From: Squalus acanthias
Lineage: Eukaryota
Reading direction: 5' to 3'
Length of the DNA stretch: 64,000 nucleotides
Assembly: GCA_030390025.1 (NCBI GenBank)
Contig: CM059431.1
Coordinates: 121,274,001-121,338,000, forward strand
This document shows positions 1-15,600 of the stretch, one piece after another. A program made the translations under genes and the position numbers. The notes beneath the pieces are model-generated. The model saw nothing but the letters and a program-made list of their open reading frames with translations. It was not told the DNA's origin and made no database searches. How positions within the stretch are numbered: the stretch's first letter is position 1; each line of letters starts with the position of its first letter.

Positions 1-310
1 CAATAGCCCTTGTTTGCACCTGGGGGACCGATTTCAGTATTTATGTTTAAAATGCAAACCCATCATGTCTTGTCAATTATCTCAAATGTGCTGAGTCCTG
101 TCCGATCTTGCTGAAATGTTTATTGAAGCGCCATCTTGTCTGCCTACTGAAAGTCTAGAACTTTCTGCCACGAGGCGTGGCGGCCATTTTACAGGCTGTT
201 TGTGTCCGTTTTGAAACCTGACAGCATTCTGCTGAAATAAAGCTGTTTATACAAAACTTTATGTCTCCTTCTTATTTTTATAAAATCGCGATAATTTTGC
301 GAATTCTACA
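1..310 (-). mobile_element. Terminal part of an LTR (cut by the window edge), related to the solo LTR at 47133-48761, inserted in exon 1 of the dead Harbinger Myb gene
   Basis: Reverse complement starts TGTAGAATTCGCAAAATTATCGCGATT and shares colinear blocks with 47133 onward (AATTATCGCGATT, GCCTGTAAAATGGCC, CAAGATGGCG, AATAAACATTTCAG, GTTTGCATTT). Myb coding sequence resumes at 311. Confidence 0.8.
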
Positions 311-677
311 GTCCTCTACCCGCAGGGGGCCAGGAGTCCCTCCAGAGTGACTGCAGTGGGAGGAGATAGCTGAAGCGGTCAATGCCAGCAATCATGCCCC
401 CAGGAACTGGATCCAGTGCTGAAAGAAGTTTAATGACCTCACACAAGTAGTCAAGGTCAGTGAATACATCTTCAAATGTCATATCCCACCAACTGCACCA
501 CTAGCCTCACACACTGCTCAATGCACCACTCCCCCATCACTCACCTACTAACAATCTGTAGCAATCACGACTCATACCTCACAATCATAGCTTTACCTCA
601 CCCTCACACTCTTACCACTGCTGCAAGCCTCACACCCACATCTCACACCTTGCACACAATGCCAGCTATTCAACTAT

Positions 678-3600
678 GACAGGCACATCACCCAGACACA
701 TTGCACCACACGCACTGGCACACTTCACCCAAACACATTATATCACATTCACTGACACACTTTACCCAAACACATTGCACCACACTCACTGACACACATC
801 ACCCAAACACATTGCACCACACTCACTGACACACTTCACCCAAAAACATTGCACCACACTCACTGACACACTTCACCCAAACACATTGCACCACACTCAC
901 TGACACACTTCACCCAAACACATTGCACCACACTCACTGACACACTTCACCCAAACACATTGCAGCACACTCACTGACACACATCACCCAAACACATTGC
1001 ACCACACTCACTGACACACTTCACCCAAACACATTGCACCACACTCACTGACACACATCACCCAAACACATTGCACCACACTCACTGACACACATCACCC
1101 AAACACATTGCACCACACTCACTGACACACTTCACCCAAACACATTGCACCACACTCACTGACACACTTCACCCAAACACATTGCACCACACTCACTGAC
1201 ACACATCACCCAAACACATTGCACCACACTCACTGACACACTTCACCCAAACACATTGCACCACACTCACTGACACACATCACCCAAACACATTGCACCA
1301 CACTCACTGACACACTTCACCCAAACACATTGCTCCACACTCACTGACACACTTCACCCAAACACATTGCAGCACACTCACTGACACACTTCACCCAAAC
1401 ACATTGCACCACACTCACTGACACACTTCACCCAAACACACTGCTCCACACTCGCTGACACACTTCACCCAAACACATTGCACCACACTCACTGACACAC
1501 TTCACCCAAACATATTGCACCACACTCACTGACACGCTTCACCCAAAAACATTGCACCACACTCACTGACACACATCACCCAAACACATTGCACCACACT
1601 CACTGACACACTTCACCCAAAAACATTGCACCACACTCACTGACACACATCACCCAAACACATTGCTCCACACTCACTGATACACTTCACTCAAACACAT
1701 TGCACCACACTCACTGACACATTTCACCCAAAAACATTGCAGCACACTCACTGACACACATCACCCAAACACATTGCTCCACACTCACTGATACACATCA
1801 CCCAAACACATTGCACCACACTCACTGACACATTTCACCCAAAAACATTGCACCACACTCACTGACACACTTCACCCAAACACATTGCAGCACACTCACT
1901 GACACACATCACCCAAACACATTGCACCACACTCACTGACACAGATCACCCAAACACATTGCTCCACACTCACTGATACACATCACCCAAACACATTGCA
2001 CCACACTCACTGACACATTTCACCCAAACACATTGCACCACACTCACTGACACACATCACCCAAACACATTGCTCCACACTCACTGACACATTTCACCCA
2101 AAAGCATTGCTCCACACTCACTGACACATTTCACCCAAAAACATTGCATCACAGTCACTGACACACTTCACCCAAACACATTGCTCCACACTCACTGATA
2201 CACTTCACCCAAACACATTGCACCACACTCACTGACACACATCACCCAAACACATTGCACCACACTCACTGACACACTTCACCCAAACACACTGCTCCAC
2301 ACTCACTGACACACTTCACCCAAACACATTGCAGCACACTCACTGACACACATCACCCAAACACATTGCTCCACACTCACTGATACACTTCACCCAAACA
2401 CATTGCACCACACTCACTGACACACTTCACCCAAACACATTGCACCACACTCACTGACACACACATCACCCAAACACATTGCACCACACTCACTGACACA
2501 CTTCACCCAAACACATTGCACCACACTCACTAACACACACATCACCCAAACACATTGCTCCACACTCACTAACATACACATCACCCAAACACATTGATCC
2601 ACACTCACTAACACACACATCACCAAACACATTGCTCCAGACTCACTGACACACATCACCCACACACATTGCACCACACTCACTAACACACACATCACCC
2701 AAACACATTGCACCACACTCACTGACACATTTCACCCAAAAACATTGCAGCACACTCACTGACACACATCACCCAAACACATTGCTCCACACTCACTGAT
2801 ACACATCACCCAAACACATTGCACCACACTCACTGACACATTTCACCCAAAAACATTGCACCACACTCACTGACACACTTCACCCAAACACATTGCAGCA
2901 CACTCACTGACACACATCACCCAAACACATTGCACCACACTCACTGACACACATCACCCAAACACATTGCTCCACACTCACTGATACACATCACCCAAAA
3001 ACATTGCATCACAGTCACTGACACACTTCACCCAAACACATTGCACCACACTCACTGACACACATCACCCAAACACATTGCTCCACACTCACTGACACAT
3101 TTCACCCAAACACATTGCACCACACTCACTGACACACATCACCCAAACACATTGCTCCACACTCACTGACACATTTCACCCAAAAGCATTGCTCCACACT
3201 CACTGACACATTTCACCCAAAAACATTGCATCACAGTCACTGACACACTTCACCCAAACACATTGCTCCACACTCACTGATACACTTCACCCAAACACAT
3301 TGCACCACACTCACTGACACACACATCACCCAAACACATTGCAGCACACTCACTGACACACATCACCCAAACACATTGCTCCACACTCACTGATACACTT
3401 CACCCAAACACATTGCACCACACTCACTGACACACACATCACCCAAACACATTGCACCACACTCACTAACACACATCACCCAAACACATTGATCCACACT
3501 CACTAACACACACATCACCAAACACATTGCTCCAGACTCACTGACACACATCACCCACGCACATTGCACCAAACTCACTAACACACACATCACCCAAACA

Positions 3601-6600
3601 CATTGCACCACACTCACTAACACACACATCACCCACACACATTGCACCACACTCACTGACACACTTCACCCAAACACATTGCACCACACTCACTGACACA
3701 CATCACCCAAACACATTGCACCACACTCACTGACACACTTCACCCAAACACATTGCACCACACTCACTGACACACATCACCCAAACACATTGCACCACAC
3801 TCACTGACACACATCACCCAAACACATTGCACCACACTCACTGACACACTTCACCCAAACACATTGCACCACACTCACTGACACACTTCACCCAAACACA
3901 TTGCACCACACTCACTGACACATTTCACCCAAACACATTGCACTACACTCACTAACACACACATCACCCAAACACATTGCTCCACACTCACTGACACATT
4001 TCACCCAAACACATTGCACCACACTCACTGACACACATCACCCAAACACATTGCAGCACACTCACTGACACACATCACCCAAACACATTGCTCCACACTC
4101 ACTGATACACTTCACCCAAACACATTGCACCACACTCACTGACACACTTCACCCAAACACATTGCACCACACTCACTGACACACACATCACCCAAACACA
4201 TTGCACCACACTCACTGACACACTTCACCCAAACACATTGCACCACACTCACTAACACACACATCACCCAAACACATTGCTCCACACTCACTAACATACA
4301 CATCACCCAAACACATTGATCCACACTCACTAACACACACATCACCAAACACATTGCTCCAGACTCACTGACACACATCACCCACACACATTGCACCACA
4401 CTCACTAACACACACATCACCCAAACACATTGCACCACACTCACTGACACATTTCACCCAAAAACATTGCAGCACACTCACTGACACACATCACCCAAAC
4501 ACATTGCTCCACACTCACTGATACACATCACCCAAACACATTGCACCACACTCACTGACACATTTCACCCAAAAACATTGCACCACACTCACTGACACAC
4601 TTCACCCAAACACATTGCAGCACACTCACTGACACACATCACCCAAACACATTGCACCACACTCACTGACACACATCACCCAAACACATTGCTCCACACT
4701 CACTGATACACATCACCCAAAAACATTGCATCACAGTCACTGACACACTTCACCCAAACACATTGCACCACACTCACTGACACACATCACCCAAACACAT
4801 TGCTCCACACTCACTGACACATTTCACCCAAACACATTGCACCACACTCACTGACACACATCACCCAAACACATTGCTCCACACTCACTGACACATTTCA
4901 CCCAAAAGCATTGCTCCACACTCACTGACACATTTCACCCAAAAACATTGCATCACAGTCACTGACACACTTCACCCAAACACATTGCTCCACACTCACT
5001 GATACACTTCACCCAAACACATTGCACCACACTCACTGACACACACATCACCCAAACACATTGCAGCACACTCACTGACACACATCACCCAAACACATTG
5101 CTCCACACTCACTGATACACTTCACCCAAACACATTGCACCACACTCACTGACACACACATCACCCAAACACATTGCACCACACTCACTAACACACATCA
5201 CCCAAACACATTGATCCACACTCACTAACACACACATCACCAAACACATTGCTCCAGACTCACTGACACACATCACCCACGCACATTGCACCACACTCAC
5301 TAACACACACATCACCCAAACACATTGCACCACACTCACTAACACACACATCACCCACACACATTGCACCACACTCACTGACACACTTCACCCAAACACA
5401 TTGCACCACACTCACTGACACACATCACCCAAACACATTGCACCACACTCACTGACACACTTCACCCAAACACATTGCACCACACTCACTGACACACATC
5501 ACCCAAACACATTGCACCACACTCACTGACACACATCACCCAAACACATTGCACCACACTCACTGACACACTTCACCCAAACACATTGCACCACACTCAC
5601 TGACACACTTCACCCAAACACATTGCACCACACTCACTGACACATTTCACCCAAACACATTGCACTACACTCACTAACACACACATCACCCAAACACATT
5701 GCTCCACACTCACTGACACATTTCACCCAAACACATTGCACCACACTCACTGACACACATCACCCAAACACATTGCACCACACTCACTGACACATTTCAC
5801 CCAAAAGCATTGCTCCACACTCACTGACACATTTCACCCAAAAACATTGCATCACAGTCACTGACACACTTCACCCAAACACATTGCTCCACACTCACTG
5901 ATACACTTCACCCAAACACATTGCACCACACTCACTGACACACATCACCCAAACACATTGCACCACACTCACTGACACACTTCACCCAAACACACTGCTC
6001 CACACTCACTGACACACTTCACCCAAACACATTGCAGCACACTCACTGACACACATCACCCAAACACATTGCTCCACACTCACTGATACACTTCACCCAA
6101 ACACATTGCACCACACTCACTGACACACTTCACCCAAACACATTGCACCACACTCACTGACACACACATCACCCAAACACATTGCACCACACTCACTGAC
6201 ACACTTCACCCAAACACATTGCACCACACTCACTAACACACACATCACCCAAACACATTGCTCCACACTCACTGACACACACATCACCCAAACACACTGC
6301 ACCACACTCACTGACACACACATCACCCAAACACATTGCACCAAACTCACTAACACACACATCACCCAAACACACTGCACCACACTCACTAACATACACA
6401 TCACCCAAACACATTGATCCACACTCACTAACACACACATCACCAAACACATTGCTCCAGACTCACTGACACACATCACCCACGCACATTGCACCACACT
6501 CACTAACACACACATCACCCAAACACATTGCACCACACTCACTAACACACACATCACCCAAACACATTGCTCCACACTCACTGACACATTTCACCCAAAA

Positions 6601-9600
6601 GCATTGCTCCACACTCACTGACACATTTCACCCAAAAACATTACATCACAGTCACTGACACACTTCACCCAAACACATTGCTCCACACTCACTGATACAC
6701 TTCACCCAAACACATTGCACCACACTCACTGACACACACATCACCCAAACACATTGCAGCACACTCACTGACACACATCACCCAAACACATTGCTCCACA
6801 CTCACTGATACACTTCACCCAAACACATTGCACCACACTCACTGACACACTTCACCCAAACACATTGCACCACACTCACTGACACACACATCACCCAAAC
6901 ACATTGCACCACACTCACTGACACACTTCACCCAAACACATTGCACCACACTCACTAACACACATCACCCAAACACATTGATCCACACTCACTAACACAC
7001 ACATCACCAAACACATTGCTCCAGACTCACTGACACACATCACCCACGCACATTGCACCACACTCACTAACACACACATCACCCAAACACATTGCACCAC
7101 ACTCACTAACACACACATCACCCACACACATTGCACCACACTCACTGACACACTTCACCCAAACACATTGCACCACACTCACTGACACACATCACCCAAA
7201 CACATTGCACCACACTCACTGACACACTTCACCCAAACACATTGCACCACACTCACTGACACACATCACCCAAACACATTGCACCACACTCACTGACACA
7301 CATCACCCAAACACATTGCACCACACTCACTGACACACTTCACCCAAACACATTGCACCACACTCACTGACACACTTCACCCAAACACATTGCACCACAC
7401 TCACTGACACATTTCACCCAAACACATTGCACTACACTCACTAACACACACATCACCCAAACACATTGCTCCACACTCACTGACACATTTCACCCAAACA
7501 CATTGCACCACACTCACTGACACACATCACCCAAACACATTGCTCCACACTCACTGACACATTTCACCCAAAAGCATTGCTCCACACTCACTGACACATT
7601 TCACCCAAAAACATTGCATCACAGTCACTGACACACTTCACCCAAACACATTGCTCCACACTCACTGATACACTTCACCCAAACACATTGCACCACACTC
7701 ACTGACACACATCACCCAAACACATTGCACCACACTCACTGACACACTTCACCCAAACACACTGCTCCACACTCACTGACACACTTCACCCAAACACATT
7801 GCAGCACACTCACTGACACACATCACCCAAACACATTGCTCCACACTCACTGACACACTTCACCCAAACACATTGCACCACACTCACTGACACACACATC
7901 ACCCAAACACATTGCACCACACTCACTGACACACTTCACCCAAACACATTGCACCACACTCACTAACACACACATCACCCAAACACATTGCTCCACACTC
8001 ACTAACATACACATCACCCAAACACATTGATCCACACTCACTAACACACACATCACCAAACACATTGCTCCAGACTCACTGACACACATCACCCACGCAC
8101 ATTGCACCACACTCACTAACACACACATCACCCAAACACATTGCACCACACTCACTAACACACACATCACCCACACACATTGCACCACACTCACTGACAC
8201 ACATCACCCAAACACATTGCACCACACTCACTGACACACTTCACCCAAACACATTGCACCACACTCACTGACACACATCACCCAAACACATTGCACCACA
8301 CTCACTGACACACATCACCCAAACACATTCCACCACACTCACTGACACACTTCACCCAAACACATTGCACCACACTCACTGACACACTTCACCCAAACAC
8401 ATTGCACCACACTCACTGACACATTTCACCCAAACACATTGCACCACACTCACTAACACACACATCACCCAAACACATTGCTCCACACTCACTAACATAC
8501 ACATCACCCAAACATATTGATCCACACTCACTAACACACACATCACCCAAACACATTGCTCCACACTCACTGACACACATCATCCACACACATTGCACGA
8601 CACTCACTGACACACATCACCCAAACACATTGCACCACACTCACTGACACACTTCACCCAAACACACTGCTCCACACTCACTGACACACTTCACCCAAAC
8701 ACATTGCTCCACACTCACTGATACACTTCACCCAAACACATTGCACCACACTCACTGACACACTTCACCCAAACACATTGCACCACACTCACTGACACAC
8801 ACATCACCCAAACACATTGCACCACACTCACTGACACACTTCACCCAAACACATTGCACCACACTCACTAACACACACATCACCCAAACACATTGCTCCA
8901 CACTCACTGACACACACATCACCCAAACACACTGCACCACACTCACTGACACACACATCACCCAAACACATTGCACCAAACTCACTAACACACACATCAC
9001 CCAAACACACTGCACCACACTCACTAACATACACATCACCCAAACACATTGATCCACACTCACTAACACACACATCACCAAACACATTGCTCCAGACTCA
9101 CTGACAGACATCACCCACGCACATTGCACCACACTCACTAACACACACATCACCCAAACACATTGCACCACACTCACTAACACACACATCACCCAAACAC
9201 ATTGCTCCACACTCACTGACACATTTCACCCAAAAGCATTGCTCCACACTCACTGACACATTTCACCCAAAAACATTACATCACAGTCACTGACACACTT
9301 CACCCAAACACATTGCTCCACACTCACTGATACACTTCACCCAAACACATTGCACCACACTCACTGACACACACATCACCCAAACACATTGCAGCACACT
9401 CACTGACACACATCACCCAAACACATTGCTCCACACTCACTGATACACTTCACCCAAACACATTGCACCACACTCACTGACACACTTCACCCAAACACAT
9501 TGCACCACACTCACTGACACACACATCACCCAAACACATTGCACCACACTCACTGACACACTTCACCCAAACACATTGCACCACACTCACTAACACACAT

Positions 9601-12600
9601 CACCCAAACACATTGATCCACACTCACTAACACACACATCACCAAACACATTGCTCCAGACTCACTGACACACATCACCCACGCACATTGCACCACACTC
9701 AATAACACACACATCACCCAAACACATTGCACCACACTCACTAACACACACATCACCCACACACATTGCACCACACTCACTGACACACTTCACCCAAACA
9801 CATTGCACCACACTCACTGACACACATCACCCAAACACATTGCACCACACTCACTGACACACTTCACCCAAACACATTGCACCACACTCACTGACACACA
9901 TCACCCAAACACATTGCACCACACTCACTGACACACATCACCCAAACACATTGCAACACACTCACTGACACACTTCACCCAAACACATTGCACCACACTC
10001 ACTGACACACTTCACCCAAACACATTGCACCACACTCACTGACACATTTCACCCAAACACATTGCACTACACTCACTAACACACACATCACCCAAACACA
10101 TTGCTCCACACTCACTGACACATTTCACCCAAACACATTGCACCACACTCACTGACACACATCACCCAAACACATTGCTCCACACTCACTGACACATTTC
10201 ACCCAAAAGCATTGCTCCACACTCACTGACACATTTCACCCAAAAACATTGCATCACAGTCACTGACACACTTCACCCAAACACATTGCTCCACACTCAC
10301 TGATACACTTCACCCAAACACATTGCACCACACTCACTGACACACATCACCCAAACACATTGCACCACACTCACTGACACACTTCACCCAAACACACTGC
10401 TCCACACTCACTGACACACTTCACCCAAACACATTGCAGCACACTCACTGACACACATCACCCAAACACATTGCTCCACACTCACTGACACACTTCACCC
10501 AAACACATTGCACCACACTCACTGACACACACATCACCCAAACACATTGCACCACACTCACTGACACACTTCACCCAAACACATTGCACCACACTCACTA
10601 ACACACACATCACCCAAACACATTGCTCCACACTCACTAACATACACATCACCCAAACACATTGATCCACACTCACTAACACACACATCACCAAACACAT
10701 TGCTCCAGACTCACTGACACACATCACCCACGCACATTGCACCACACTCACTAACACACACATCACCCAAACACATTGCACCACACTCACTAACACACAC
10801 ATCACCCACACACATTGCACCACACTCACTGACACACATCACCCAAACACATTGCACCACACTCACTGACACACTTCACCCAAAACACATTGCACCACAC
10901 TCACTGACACACATCACCCAAACACATTGCACCACACTCACTGACACACATCACCCAAACACATTGCACCACACTCACTGACACACTTCACCCAAACACA
11001 TTGCACCACACTCACTGACACACTTCACCCAAACACATTGCACCACACTCACTGACACATTTCACCCAAACACATTGCACCACACTCACTAACACACACA
11101 TCACCCAAACACATTGCTCCACACTCACTAACATACACATCACCCAAACATATTGATCCACACTCACTAACACACACATCACCCAAACACATTGCTCCAC
11201 ACTCACTGACACACATCATCCACACACATTGCACGACACTCACTGACACACATCACCCAAACACATTGCACCACACTCACTGACACACTTCACCCAAACA
11301 CACTGCTCCACACTCACTGACACACTTCACCCAAACACATTGCTCCACACTCACTGATACACTTCACCCAAACACATTGCACCACACTCACTGACACACT
11401 TCACCCAAACACATTGCACCACACTCACTGACACACACATCACCCAAACACATTGCACCACACTCACTGACACACTTCACCCAAACACATTGCACCACAC
11501 TCACTAACACACACATCACCCAAACACATTGCTCCACACTCACTGACACACACATCACCCAAACACACTGCACCACACTCACTGACACACACATCACCCA
11601 AACACATTGCACCAAACTCACTAACACACACATCACCCAAACACACTGCACCACACTCACTAACATACACATCACCCAAACACATTGATCCACACTCACT
11701 AACACACACATCACCAAACACATTGCTCCAGACTCACTGACACACATCACCCACGCACATTGCACCACACTCACTAACACACACATCACCCAAACACATT
11801 GCACCACACTCACTAACACACACATCACCCAAACACATTGCTCCACACTCACTGACACATTTCACCCAAAAGCATTGCTCCACACTCACTGACACATTTC
11901 ACCCAAAAACATTACATCACAGTCACTGACACACTTCACCCAAACACATTGCTCCACACTCACTGATACACTTCACCCAAACACATTGCACCACACTCAC
12001 TGACACACACATCACCCAAACACATTGCAGCACACTCACTGACACACATCACCCAAACACATTGCTCCACACTCACTGATACACTTCACCCAAACACATT
12101 GCACCACACTCACTGACACACTTCACCCAAACACATTGCACCACACTCACTGACACACACATCACCCAAACACATTGCACCACACTCACTGACACACTTC
12201 ACCCAAACACATTGCACCACACTCACTAACACACATCACCCAAACACATTGATCCACACTCACTAACACACACATCACCAAACACATTGCTCCAGACTCA
12301 CTGACACACATCACCCACGCACATTGCACCACACTCACTAACACACACATCACCCAAACACATTGCACCACACTCACTAACACACACATCACCCACACAC
12401 ATTGCACCACACTCACTGACACACTTCACCCAAACACATTGCACCACACTCACTGACACACATCACCCAAACACATTGCACCACACTCACTGACACACTT
12501 CACCCAAACACATTGCACCACACTCACTGACACACATCACCCAAACACATTGCACCACACTCACTGACACACATCACCCAAACACATTGCACCACACTCA

Positions 12601-15600
12601 CTGACACACTTCACCCAAACACATTGCACCACACTCACTGACACACTTCACCCAAACACATTGCACCACACTCACTGACACATTTCACCCAAACACATTG
12701 CACTACACTCACTAACACACACATCACCCAAACACATTGCTCCACACTCACTGACACATTTCACCCAAACACATTGCACCACACTCACTGACACACATCA
12801 CCCAAACACATTGCTCCACACTCACTGACACATTTCACCCAAAAGCATTGCTCCACACTCACTGACACATTTCACCCAAAAACATTGCATCACAGTCACT
12901 GACACACTTCACCCAAACACATTGCTCCACACTCACTGATACACTTCACCCAAACACATTGCACCACACTCACTGACACACATCACCCAAACACATTGCA
13001 CCACACTCACTGACACACTTCACCCAAACACACTGCTCCACACTCACTGACACACTTCACCCAAACACATTGCAGCACACTCACTGACACACATCACCCA
13101 AACACATTGCTCCACACTCACTGACACACTTCACCCAAACACATTGCACCACACTCACTGACACACACATCACCCAAACACATTGCACCACACTCACTGA
13201 CACACTTCACCCAAACACATTGCACCACACTCACTAACACACACATCACCCAAACACATTGCTCCACACTCACTAACATACACATCACCCAAACACATTG
13301 ATCCACACTCACTAACACACACATCACCAAACACATTGCTCCAGACTCACTGACACACATCACCCACGCACATTGCACCACACTCACTAACACACACATC
13401 ACCCAAACACATTGCACCACACTCACTAACACACACATCACCCACACACATTGCACCACACTCACTGACACACATCACCCAAACACATTGCACCACACTC
13501 ACTGACACACTTCACCCAAACACATTGCACCACACTCACTGACACACATCACCCAAACACATTGCACCACACTCACTGACACACATCACCCAAACACATT
13601 GCACCACACTCACTGACACACTTCACCCAAACACATTGCACCACACTCACTGACACACTTCACCCAAACACATTGCACCACACTCACTGACACATTTCAC
13701 CCAAACACATTGCACCACACTCACTAACACACACATCACCCAAACACATTGCTCCACACTCACTAACATACACATCACCCAAACATATTGATCCACACTC
13801 ACTAACACACACATCACCCAAACACATTGCTCCACACTCACTGACACACATCATCCACACACATTGCACGACACTCACTGACACACATCACCCAAACACA
13901 TTGCACCACACTCACTGACACACTTCACCCAAACACACTGCTCCACACTCACTGACACACTTCACCCAAACACATTGCAGCACACTCACTGACACACATC
14001 ACCCAAACACATTGCTCCACACTCACTGATACACTTCACCCAAACACATTGCACCACACTCACTGACACACTTCACCCAAACACATTGCACCACACTCAC
14101 TGACACACACATCACCCAAACACATTACACCACACTCACTGACACACTTCACCCAAACACATTGCACCACACTCACTAACACACACATCACCCAAACACA
14201 TTGCTCCACACTCACTGACACACACATCACCCAAACACACTGCACCACACTCACTGACACACACATCACCCAAACACATTGCACCACACTCACTAACACA
14301 CACATCACCCAAACACACTGCACCACACTCACTAACATACACATCACCCAAACACATTGATCCACACTCACTAACACACACATCACCAAACACATTGCTC
14401 CAGACTCACTGACACACATCACCCACGCACATTGCACCACACTCACTAACACACACATCACCCAAACACATTGCACCACACTCACTAACACACACATCAC
14501 CCAAACACATTGCTCCACACTCACTGACACATTTCACCCAAAAGCATTGCTCCACACTCACTGACACATTTCACCCAAAAACATTGCATCACAGTCACTG
14601 ACACACTTCACCCAAACACATTGCTCCACACTCACTGATACACTTCACCCAAACACATTGCACCACACTCACTGACACACACTTCACCCAAACACATTGC
14701 AGCACACTCACTGACACACATCACCCAAACACATTGCTCCACACTCACTGATACACTTCACCCAAACACATTGCACCACACTCACTGACACACTTCACCC
14801 AAACACATTGCACCACACTCACTGACACACACATCACCCAAACACATTGCACCACACTCACTGACACACTTCACCCAAACACATTGCACCACACTCACTA
14901 ACACACATCACCCAAACACATTGATCCACACTCACTAACACACACATCACCAAACACATTGCTCCAGACTCACTGACACACATCACCCACGCACATTGCA
15001 CCACACTCACTAACACACACATCACCCAAACACATTGCACCACACTCACTAACACACACATCACCCACACACATTGCACCACACTCACTGACACACTTCA
15101 CCCAAACACATTGCACCACACTCACTGACACACATCACCCAAACACATTGCACCACACTCACTGACACACTTCACCCAAACACATTGCACCACACTCACT
15201 GACACACATCACCCAAACACATTGCACCACACTCACTGACACACATCACCCAAACACATTGCACCACACTCACTGACACACTTCACCCAAACACATTGCA
15301 CCACACTCACTGACACACTTCACCCAAACACATTGCACCACACTCACTGACACATTTCACCCAAACACATTGCACTACACTCACTAACACACACATCACC
15401 CAAACACATTGCACCACACTCACTGACACACTTCACCCAAACACATTGCACCACACTCACTGACACATTTCACCCAAACACATTGCACTACACTCACTGA
15501 CACACATCACCCAAACACATTGCACCACACTCACTGACACATTTCACCCAAACACATTGCACCACACTCACTGACACACATCACCCAAACACATTGCTCC

